Origin: Leptospira biflexa
GTDB taxonomy: Bacteria; Spirochaetota; UBA4802; UB4802
Length of the DNA: 64,000 nt
Assembly: GCA_020721905.1 (NCBI GenBank)
Contig: DYLU01000001.1
Coordinates: forward strand, 32,439-96,438
Direction: 5' to 3'
This document shows, piece after piece, positions 20,042 through 28,776 of the stretch. The notes below the pieces were generated by a model that saw nothing but the letters and a program-made list of their open reading frames with translations, did not search any database and was not told the origin of the DNA. A program made the translations under genes and the position numbers. Position 1 is the stretch's first letter. Each line of letters begins with the position of its first letter.

Positions 20042-20076
20042 GGCAAAACTATAAAAGTAAACTGGTAATTTGTCAA
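20021..20076 (-). promoter_or_regulatory. Sigma70 promoter (probably leaderless) and perfect 11-bp inverted repeat over the kinase start codon
   Basis: Minus strand TTGACA(20076-20071)-17 bp-TATAGT(20053-20048)-6 nt-ATG(20041); TTTTGCCATGA-6 nt-TCATGGCAAAA at 20021-20048. Confidence 0.65.
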
Positions 20077-20118
20077 AAAGAAAATTACAGCAATACGTTT
20101 TCTAACCAAAAACGAAAA

Positions 20119-20628
20119 TTATCGCTTCAGCCCTTCAAGGATAAGCCTTCGTGGCAAAGGAGGAATACGATTCTTTTCTACAAATTCATTTAACTTTTCA
20201 GGAGAAACAACTGCAGTTCCATCTTTCCATATAACATATATCCAATTATCCGGAGTATTGAAAGGTCTTCCTTTTACCATTGCCCATCCCTGTATAATCT
20301 GCTCATTTGTTAAAGCTTCCTGTAGGTGTGGGCAGAGTGCCTGTATATCTGCATCATTATCCGGGAAATAGCCATCATTGCCCCATATATATTTGCGCAT
20401 ATAAAAATTGTACGTTTTACCATCAACAATAACTGTCATAAAATTATCAGGCACCACATACCCATCCACCTTAAGATAACCACTGCGCGCCTCTGATCTT
20501 GTCCCTTTATTTGAATATTTTATCCAGTGTTCTATGTGGGGCTTTTTACTCTTCCCCATAGAAGAACCATTTGTAATAAATAAATATACACTCAAAAATA
20601 TCATTACAAAATATAATAATCTCTTCAT
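20119..20628 (-). CDS. Hypothetical exported protein
   Basis: N-terminal signal-like hydrophobic segment; AGAGG RBS. Confidence 0.7.
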   Translation of the reverse strand: MKRLLYFVMIFLSVYLFITNGSSMGKSKKPHIEHWIKYSNKGTRSEARSGYLKVDGYVVPDNFMTVIVDGKTYNFYMRKYIWGNDGYFPDNDADIQALCPHLQEALTNEQIIQGWAMVKGRPFNTPDNWIYVIWKDGTAVVSPEKLNEFVEKNRIPPLPRRLILEGLKR

Positions 20629-20719
20629 AGACCCTCTTTACTGGTATTGTAGTATTTTCATAAATTAATTAAGTATAGATGGATTTTCAAGGCATAAAAA
20701 GAATCCATCTGCACTGTGT

Positions 20720-22255
20720 TTAATATTGATATATATTAAGATTATTTGAATCAGTGCCATTTGAAATATCAAACCAGCTATCTAAAAGCTCAAACCAATT
20801 TTCAACTGTATTATTGCCAGCTGTTGCACCATCCTTGCACCAGAAAAGATTGCCATAAACGCTGTAATAAGCCTGATAATTACTTAAATCCAGTGCATTA
20901 TACCACCATTGAATATACCAGTGACGAAATGAATTTCCTTCTATATCCACAGTAGCATCTCCATCAGGGAAGAAAATATGAACTCCACTTTTACCTGTTT
21001 CAAATCCAAATATATTAAAATTACTATTTGCAAACGAATACAACACCATTGCATCAACCGCATTCATAACATTTAACGCATCATTTTTGACTTCATCATT
21101 AAAATTTGTGCTTTCATTTATAGCTTTGGCAAGATTATAGAGATCAAAAAACGGAAATAGAATCCATTCATTTTCATCAGTTTCATCAAAATAATTCAGC
21201 AATGGAATAATACTTCCATAGCCACGTAGATTTTCCATGTCAACTTTTTCACTATTTAGCTTTTTAGCAAGGGAATCAACAGCATCTTTTACAGCCCTGA
21301 CCTTAGACAAATCAGAACATGTTAGTGATTGAGAACTGTCATATTTTGTGGAATCCCTTTGCTCTTCAACTATTATCGCTCCAAAAGTTTCTGCAGTCAA
21401 GGATGCTGGGTCATAGTATTTTTCCATCCCACCAAGAGTTTGGTCATCTTCACCATTATCTCCCGATTTTGCCTGTAATCTCTGGAAAATATTATAATAA
21501 TCCCATCCATCAGCACCTTCCGGCGGAGCAGATGCAATCATGTAATTAGCTTTAAATCCACTATTTGAACTATCATTCCTAAACTGATACGCAACCTCTA
21601 CTGATGACATTAAGCATGCATCAAATCCTAAAAGATCAACCGACTCAGCAGATGAAAGGACATTGCTAATCTCTCCCATATAAAGAGCATCATCATCATC
21701 TGTTTCATCAACGCATATTTCCTTGAATACATTAGTTTTTTGGGCTTTTTCATCAGTTAAAGACTTTTTTCTTGAACCTCCTCCGTGGTTTGAAAGTATT
21801 AAAGCGTAATGATCAGCTGGATAATTTGCCTTGCAAAATTGAATAAATTTTTTTAAAGTATTGGCATCACCCATATTTGCTTCATAATAGAAATTAGTTT
21901 GTATCTCTGGAAATTGTTCTCCTCCATCAAGCCTTTCCACGTTACCTGATGTTATACGGTAAAGTCTTGTATCTATAAAATTTTCGCCAAAAGTGCTTGA
22001 ATCGTTTGAATAAAAACCTCTGTCAAAAAGAACTATTAAATTTATACCTTGATCATTAACAAAGCCATCTTTCATTTCCTGTATATCTTCAAGAAGATAA
22101 GGCTCAAGGTTACAATCTGCATCACCGTAATACATTATAGTCCATTTGGCGCTGTTGGCATCATCAGAAGCGCCATTTGAGCATGATATAGCAAATGTCA
22201 TAATAAAGAACAAGAAACATGATAGTAATACATTACTCTTAAATATTTTTTTCAT
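20720..22255 (-). CDS. Clostripain-family (C11) cysteine peptidase, probable lipoprotein
   Basis: Lipobox AISC; WTIMYYGDADCNLE; catalytic His in LSNHGGG and Cys in GFDACLM. Confidence 0.9.
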   Translation of the reverse strand: MKKIFKSNVLLSCFLFFIMTFAISCSNGASDDANSAKWTIMYYGDADCNLEPYLLEDIQEMKDGFVNDQGINLIVLFDRGFYSNDSSTFGENFIDTRLYRITSGNVERLDGGEQFPEIQTNFYYEANMGDANTLKKFIQFCKANYPADHYALILSNHGGGSRKKSLTDEKAQKTNVFKEICVDETDDDDALYMGEISNVLSSAESVDLLGFDACLMSSVEVAYQFRNDSSNSGFKANYMIASAPPEGADGWDYYNIFQRLQAKSGDNGEDDQTLGGMEKYYDPASLTAETFGAIIVEEQRDSTKYDSSQSLTCSDLSKVRAVKDAVDSLAKKLNSEKVDMENLRGYGSIIPLLNYFDETDENEWILFPFFDLYNLAKAINESTNFNDEVKNDALNVMNAVDAMVLYSFANSNFNIFGFETGKSGVHIFFPDGDATVDIEGNSFRHWYIQWWYNALDLSNYQAYYSVYGNLFWCKDGATAGNNTVENWFELLDSWFDISNGTDSNNLNIYQY

Positions 22256-22351
22256 AAATGCCCTCCATGATTACAGCTGAGCTGGGAAATATTTTCCATA
22301 CATAAAACAAACAGCAAGTAATTGTGTTATCTATTTATAACGACTTATTTA

Positions 22352-22982
22352 TTAAACCTCACTCAAACCATATTCTAAAGCATCAATAAATTCCGAAGTT
22401 ACATCAACACCATCAACGTATACGCTGCCATTATAGCTAAAACCGGATATTTCGTAAGTATTTGGATCTACTTCAAAGCTTATGTCAAGATTATCATATT
22501 GAAATGAACCTGTTTCTTTACCACTGAAATTAACTGTACCATTCAAAATCATTTGTTCAGATAATCCTGTAATTTGTCCTCCACTCCATTGCATTGTAAT
22601 AGTATAATTGTTCATTAAACATGCCATTTAATGTATAACCATCACTGGTATAATTGTTTAATGTTGCAACCATAGATATTTCAGATATCCATTCATTAGG
22701 ATTATCAGTATTAATGGACCCACTAATTTCAACTTCAAAACCTTGTTCAATTTGAATTGTTTCACTAGGAATTGGTATTACATCGCGTGATTGAATTGCT
22801 CTACTCACACTTCTATCTGATCTACTATAACCAGCTTCACCTTCACCCATAGCATTCATTGTGTTGAGTACATCCACCATTACATCAAACTTTGATTTTT
22901 CCTGAGAGCTGGTGATGTCACTACATCCTGAAAGCCACAGAGCAACAATAAAACTAACCGCAGTACAAACAATTTTTTTCAT
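22352..22982 (-). pseudogene. Frameshifted putative lipoprotein (two overlapping ORFs, 22557-22982 and 22352-22627)
   Basis: Lipobox LSGC with GAGGGAGG RBS; the acidic beta-rich sequence continues in another frame from about 22620. Confidence 0.65.
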
Positions 22983-23245
22983 AAAACCTCCCTCATTTAT
23001 ATAATTTTGTAGGTATTAAATACGTGCAAGGATATAAAAAATTGTAATAAATAACAATGAGTAGTACCATAATTGATACACATTAAGCTTTTATTATTTT
23101 TTCACTTAAACCGCTTTGCTAATACACATACGTGCTTTCTTTATAAACAAATGAGCTGGGAAATCCCTACCTGCATTTCGATTATCACTTACAACAAATA
23201 GTTAATTTAGTCAAGCATTTTTTTATTTATTGTATTAAAATTATA

Positions 23246-25213
23246 TTATTTGTTTTTTTTAGTTCCAAATAATTCTTCAATAGCCAATTCTTTTAGTTTA
23301 GTAGCAGTTGGGCCGCCAGTTTCAGGTTCCCATCCGGTTATAACATACAATTCATTGAGCAGTTCATTAATGGGAACTGTAACCCCTTTTAATGGGCCTT
23401 CCTGTAGTGGTGGCTTGCCCTGTGCACGATCAGGGATAATTGTGTTCTTAACATATAATCCTTCCCGTACATTGAAAGCTTTTCGCATAGCAAGGATACG
23501 CTCACCGGTAGTTAAATACTCATCGGCAGGCAAATCCCATCCAGTCACTGCGTTAATATAATCAACCAGTGGTATTGAACCACTTAAAAAACCAAACTGG
23601 CACATACCACAGCCGTTAAAAAGATTGGCAAAATACATTGATGCTGCTGTCAGTGTTAAGCGTTTTGCAAAGCTACTGTTTGCAGTTTTCAGCATTTTCT
23701 TAACCCTGGGAAATTGCTTTTTAGTCCTGTACAGATGATTGTATAAATTTGATGCAATGGTATGGCGCCCTGGTGTTGCTTCAGAAGAATATGTAACAGC
23801 AAACCCATCATCCAGCCGGCTATCATGCATGGGAAGCTCCTGACCGCCGGCATGAATGGCAAAGCTTTCAGAACCTTTGCCTATTTTTTTAGCAGCACGC
23901 ATAACTCCATCAGCCAGTATGTTGCCAATTCCTTTCCTGTTAATTATCATCTCTGTTAATGCAAGTATGTCTTTAGCTTTGCCCCAGCCTAACTCCAATC
24001 CGCCCGTATCTTTCTTTGTTAATATCCCATGCTCATAGCATTCAATAGCAAATGCAACAGCAGTACCAGTAGATATGGTGTCAATACCAGCCCTGTTGCA
24101 TAATTCATTTATTTCCATTATTGTATCTAAATCATCAAGTAAAAGCATACCGCCAAAAGAACCCAGAGTTTCATATTCCGGCTTGTGTCCTTCAGTGCCC
24201 TTATATCTTCCGGCTTTTATGTCAACAATGCCACCACATCCAAGCGGACATGACTGGCATGCATATCGCTTCTTTTGATGTGCTACCACGCTTTCATCTG
24301 AAATTTTTTGAACACCTGGAAAATCTGAATACCCAACACCAGCCCAGTTTTTGATTGGCATATCACCGGTAAACGCAGAATACACTGTTGTTCCGCTTGT
24401 ACCATACCGTTTAAATATTTCACGTACTGTAGAAGGCTGTGTTGGTACCGATACTCTTGTCCGTGCTATAATCTGGCTTAAAAAATTCATCATATTGACT
24501 GTGGCTTTATCGATGGGACTGGTTGACTTAAAACCTGATAAAAATTTTTTATTAATTTCCTTTAAAACATCAGGTTTTGCAACCGGTATTTTCTTTGTTC
24601 CTTTTATGGCAATTGCCTTTAACTTCTTGCTTCCCATGACCGCGCCCAATCCACTGCGTGCAGCAATTCTTCCGTCATCGGTTACAATACCTGATATGAG
24701 CGATAGTTTCTCTGCAGCAGGCCCTATGCAGGCAACCTGATACTTATCATCTTTAAGTTCTTTTTTTATGAGTTCTTCTGTTTCAATAGCATCCTTCCCC
24801 CACAACTTTCTTGCATTTTTTATCTGTATTTTACCATCATCGATGACTATATATACCGGCGTTTTTGCCTTGCCGGTAACAAATAGTGCATCAAATCCGG
24901 CGCGCTTGATTTCTATGGAAAAGAACCCTCCGCAGTTACTATCGCCCCATCCTCCGGTTAATGGCGATTTACCAACCACCATAAACCTCCCGGCAAAATA
25001 CGCACCGGTACCGGTTAAAAGACCTGAACAAAATCCAAGTACGCTTTCAGGCGATAATGGATTGACTTTTGGCTTCTGCAATTGTGCAATAATGGCAGCA
25101 CCAAGGCCATAGCCTGCTAAATACTTTTTGTAAAAATCATCAGAAAGTTTTTTAATAGTGGATTTACCAGTAGACAAATTTATTATGACATATTGACCCA
25201 TATAACCGCCCAT
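23246..25213 (-). CDS. Tungsten aldehyde:ferredoxin oxidoreductase family protein
   Basis: KSPLTGGWGDSNCGG, RSGLGAVMGSKKLKAI, CQSCPLGC, PEYET, GIDTISTG, GCGMCQF. Confidence 0.93.
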   Translation of the reverse strand: MGGYMGQYVIINLSTGKSTIKKLSDDFYKKYLAGYGLGAAIIAQLQKPKVNPLSPESVLGFCSGLLTGTGAYFAGRFMVVGKSPLTGGWGDSNCGGFFSIEIKRAGFDALFVTGKAKTPVYIVIDDGKIQIKNARKLWGKDAIETEELIKKELKDDKYQVACIGPAAEKLSLISGIVTDDGRIAARSGLGAVMGSKKLKAIAIKGTKKIPVAKPDVLKEINKKFLSGFKSTSPIDKATVNMMNFLSQIIARTRVSVPTQPSTVREIFKRYGTSGTTVYSAFTGDMPIKNWAGVGYSDFPGVQKISDESVVAHQKKRYACQSCPLGCGGIVDIKAGRYKGTEGHKPEYETLGSFGGMLLLDDLDTIMEINELCNRAGIDTISTGTAVAFAIECYEHGILTKKDTGGLELGWGKAKDILALTEMIINRKGIGNILADGVMRAAKKIGKGSESFAIHAGGQELPMHDSRLDDGFAVTYSSEATPGRHTIASNLYNHLYRTKKQFPRVKKMLKTANSSFAKRLTLTAASMYFANLFNGCGMCQFGFLSGSIPLVDYINAVTGWDLPADEYLTTGERILAMRKAFNVREGLYVKNTIIPDRAQGKPPLQEGPLKGVTVPINELLNELYVITGWEPETGGPTATKLKELAIEELFGTKKNK

Positions 25214-25454
25214 ATATCACCTCCAGATTTTTCTATTATGACAGGAATTTAAATATAAATGAATTAATTTTACAAGAAGAATTTTGTATTGAAAAAATTA
25301 TTTTTACAATGATCGTTTGGTGATTTTAACAATATTTTTTTATATACATCCTATACTTTTGATAGATCATTCTTGCACAACATATTATTGCTTTAATAAT
25401 TAATACATAACCATCCGATATTATATTACAGAAATATAAACCCGTAGCTCATGC

Positions 25455-25486
25455 AAAAAAAAGGGGATCCCTTTTTTTGGAATCCC
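25455..25486 (-). terminator. Intrinsic terminator downstream of the OMP gene
   Basis: Minus strand GGGATTCC-A7-GGGATCCC followed by C and T8. Confidence 0.6.
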
Positions 25487-25556
25487 AAATTCAATCACTC
25501 CATAAATCTACGGTATAACGTAGATATAATAGGGGGCTGGAATAACAGCTATGAAA

Positions 25557-26753
25557 TTAAATTTTATAACCTACCTGAACTCCGATGACATTCCTATCTT
25601 TGTTAAGCTTTTGGGTTGCAATCTTGCCTTCCATAAAGAACGTATATGAATATGACAGCCCTACATTAAGATTTTCATCAATACTATACGCACCTCCTAT
25701 CCCTATAGCAATCTCATCAAGTGCCGGATTAGCGTCGTTTGACGGACCAACATAATCATCCTTTGTACCTTTATAAGCATACTGCAGCCCTAAACTAAAA
25801 CGCAACTGTGGATTCAAATACTGCGTTAAAGCTAACATGTATATTATGTCATTATCATAATCATCTTCTGCACCTTCCCAATCTGCCTGGTTATTGAAAA
25901 TATAATTTACCTGTAATGCTATTATAGTACCAGTCACGGGCATACCAGCAACAGTCAATGTTGCCATCGCAGGAAGGTCTTCCCGTACTTTTTCACCATC
26001 TTCTGCTTCCAACACTGCTTCAGCTAATGCATTTGGGTGTGTTGCCTTCTGGTCTATTTCAAATTCCCTTTTAACTGCAGTTGCATAGGTCAGGCCAATA
26101 AGCCATCCATGTGTTGGAACAACATTAAACCCAATAACACCGCCAAAACCATTGGCAGTTTCTGTTGTTTCCTGTGATGCATCACCCGGATTTAACACAG
26201 TGCCATCCCACTTAGAAGTTGTTTCTGATATGACATACCTGCCGCCAAGAGCAACCGAAAACATGTCATTTATTTTATACGAACCACCTAATGTTACGTT
26301 ATATGTTGCAGACTCAGCCTCAAGGGAAACATTGGTTACACCAACTGCCGCTACTACAGCATTAACAACTGCAGTTCCATCATCCCACTTTAAGCTTGCA
26401 AATGGTGCTCCATCCAGTACATTAAAATATACAAATCCTGCAAACTCTGCCTGTTTGTATGTAACTGCTATTGAAGGAACAGCCCAGGCATTTACTGATC
26501 CTTCATAGGTAGTACCATTTTTCTCTTCAATACTATCTAAAACCGTAAGGTTACTCACATTAATGTAAATTCCATCTTTCAGCCATGCAGTGCTGGCAGG
26601 ATCATACATTGCTGTTTCATCACCGGTGTTGTCGTTCATACCAGCTACGTGTTTTGCCGTATAATGACTGGACATGACAATACCATTTGCATAAGCAAAT
26701 GTGCACATACCTACAACACCCAGTGCTACTATTAAAACTAAAAGTTTCTTCAT
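25557..26753 (-). CDS. Outer-membrane beta-barrel protein, FadL/OmpP1-like
   Basis: Signal peptide ending AYA; AMYDPAS resembling the FadL NPA motif; alternating beta strands; C-terminal VGYKI; GGAGG RBS. Confidence 0.7.
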   Translation of the reverse strand: MKKLLVLIVALGVVGMCTFAYANGIVMSSHYTAKHVAGMNDNTGDETAMYDPASTAWLKDGIYINVSNLTVLDSIEEKNGTTYEGSVNAWAVPSIAVTYKQAEFAGFVYFNVLDGAPFASLKWDDGTAVVNAVVAAVGVTNVSLEAESATYNVTLGGSYKINDMFSVALGGRYVISETTSKWDGTVLNPGDASQETTETANGFGGVIGFNVVPTHGWLIGLTYATAVKREFEIDQKATHPNALAEAVLEAEDGEKVREDLPAMATLTVAGMPVTGTIIALQVNYIFNNQADWEGAEDDYDNDIIYMLALTQYLNPQLRFSLGLQYAYKGTKDDYVGPSNDANPALDEIAIGIGGAYSIDENLNVGLSYSYTFFMEGKIATQKLNKDRNVIGVQVGYKI

Positions 26754-26870
26754 AAAATAAACCTCCAATTATTTTAGTTATTTTTACCGCAATGCGGTTT
26801 ACATCCCTTTATAAACGCGGAACATAATAAATTTTATAAATTTCGTTTATACGATAACAAGTATAAGCTA

Positions 26871-26919
26871 TTAATGTTCATACATTAATTTAATTAATGT
26901 ATATTCATTAATATGTCAA
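26871..26919 (-). promoter_or_regulatory. Two tandem palindromic operators TTAATG-N6-CATTAA next to a TTGACA -35
   Basis: Sites at 26871-26888 and 26894-26911; minus-strand TTGACA at 26919-26914. Confidence 0.6.
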
Positions 26920-27484
26920 CCATTATTTTTTTATTTATATCAATTTATAAAATTAATTTTATTTATCATAAATTGATTTTTGTTTAGTATCTGTTTATAT
27001 ATTAATGGCTAACATCTTTTCTAAATTTTATTACATTAATAAAAATAATTATTACTTATCTTTTTTAATAAATAATATTACTTAAAAAATTTTCCAATAC
27101 ACTAATTCAGCTAAAATAAAGTAAATTTCATACCACCATTTAAACCTGGATTAATTTTTTAATTTATAAGTTATTCGATAGAAAATTAATAATTGAGTTT
27201 TTTTAATTTTTAGTATTTTTTACTTGACTTTTAAGCAATTTAGTATATATTTAATTTATAAAGTATGATTTTTTTTATCCTTAGTTAATCAGGGAAAATT
27301 ACTATGAAAGCAAACACCTATTGTATAGATACTCATTGTTCTTACTGGAGAAATGTTGAAGATCTTTATTCATAATTAGTAGCAAAGAATGGAAATTTAA
27401 GAAATAAGATTTTTGGTTCCAGAAGTTTTATAGCTGCAGAGTAACCGCATACGAGCAGACCATAGAAGCCTCAGTTGTAACAAT

Positions 27485-27515
27485 AAAAAAGGCTGGCAAT
27501 ATACCAGCCTTTTTT
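27485..27515. terminator. Bidirectional intrinsic terminator
   Basis: AAAAAAGGCTGG-CAATATA-CCAGCCTTTTTT. Confidence 0.85.
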
Positions 27516-27546
27516 ATATAATTCATTATTGTAACGTAACTACTGT

Positions 27547-28023
27547 CTATGCTATTGCTTTAGCATTTTCATTTTCTATTTTGTCAATAAGTTTAAGATA
27601 ATATTCGTTGGTAAAAAACTTGTACATGCTAATCCTTGAATCTTCAAATGCGTGCAATATTTTTTTATACTGACTCTCCTGGTTTTCATCACCAATACAT
27701 ATACCGTGCCTTTTACCATATCCGCACTTTACACATATAGGATTTTTCAGAGCTTTATAGCATCCATTATGTTCATATCCGTAATAATGGCAAAATGGAC
27801 ACAATTCGTAACGCAAACCCGAACAATTCAACTTGAAAATATTGTGTTTAATCTTTTCCCATACTTTTGCTGCTTCTTCATTGGTCCAGGATTTGATTTC
27901 TTGCTCGTCGCCCTCATTAAAATACCAGTTACCTGGTACATTTAACTCTTTTTCCATACGATTAGCTTTAGACTTCATGAAATCAACAATTGCTTGCTGG
28001 AAATTGAGTGATTTTTGTTTCAT
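27547..28023 (-). CDS. Hypothetical Cys-rich protein
   Basis: CPFC, C, CVKCGYG..HG.C cluster; AAGGGA RBS; terminator downstream. Confidence 0.75.
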   Translation of the reverse strand: MKQKSLNFQQAIVDFMKSKANRMEKELNVPGNWYFNEGDEQEIKSWTNEEAAKVWEKIKHNIFKLNCSGLRYELCPFCHYYGYEHNGCYKALKNPICVKCGYGKRHGICIGDENQESQYKKILHAFEDSRISMYKFFTNEYYLKLIDKIENENAKAIA

Positions 28024-28223
28024 AACAATATCCCTTTTATTGTATTCTGCAAATTATATATCTCACTTTTAATATATCTATCTGACTTATACATTCAAAT
28101 CCATCAGGATAAAAATACATCAAAAGAATATATTAATTTGCAGTACCTACTTCAGTTTAATAAAGTATAACCATTCGGTATTTTTTCAAGTAATTTTTTA
28201 TAAAAATAATAAATATTTAGGTT

Positions 28224-28679
28224 TCAGAGCCTTGCTATTGTTTCTTCATTCTCTGTTATAATTAATTCAATAATATAGTCAATACTTTTTTGTACTGATA
28301 CACTCAACACATCCCCCACAGCCACATTCTCAGGTTGAATCCCTATAAAAGTGATATTTGCTGTAATCTCTTTCAATTTCTGCAAGAGTATTCCAAACGG
28401 CATACTATGCGTTGCAACAATACCCGAGTGGATTTTAGAAATATCTATAATCCTTACCTCTCCGGGGGATAGCGCCACATCACAAGCATCAACAATGATA
28501 AGCTTCTGCACATCTTTTCGCTTAATTACCCCAATGAAATTCTCTGGCATAAACTCAGCGTCAATGCTGCAAACCCCCATGTTGGATAATCTTTGAGCAA
28601 TGACACTTCCCGCCATATCATCACTGCGCAAATGATTACCAATACCAAGGACCAATCTTTTGCACTGTTTATTTTTCAT
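28224..28679 (-). CDS. Hydrogenase maturation protease (HycI-like)
   Basis: LVLGIGNHLRSDDMAG, PENF, IIVDA, THSMP, GIQP. Confidence 0.88.
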   Translation of the reverse strand: MKNKQCKRLVLGIGNHLRSDDMAGSVIAQRLSNMGVCSIDAEFMPENFIGVIKRKDVQKLIIVDACDVALSPGEVRIIDISKIHSGIVATHSMPFGILLQKLKEITANITFIGIQPENVAVGDVLSVSVQKSIDYIIELIITENEETIARL

Positions 28680-28680
28680 C

Positions 28681-28762
28681 AGTAACTATCGCCTAAACTT
28701 TTTTAATATTTTACTTGCATTAAAAAGCTTTGCAAGTTTTATTTTTGCAAGCGATAGTTACT
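28681..28762. repeat. Inverted pair of the dispersed motif (AGTAACTATCGC ... GCGATAGTTACT) flanking a divergent promoter region
   Basis: Perfect 12-bp arms at 28681-28692 and 28751-28762 with a 58-bp spacer. Confidence 0.9.
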
Positions 28763-28776
28763 AAAGGATTATTTCA

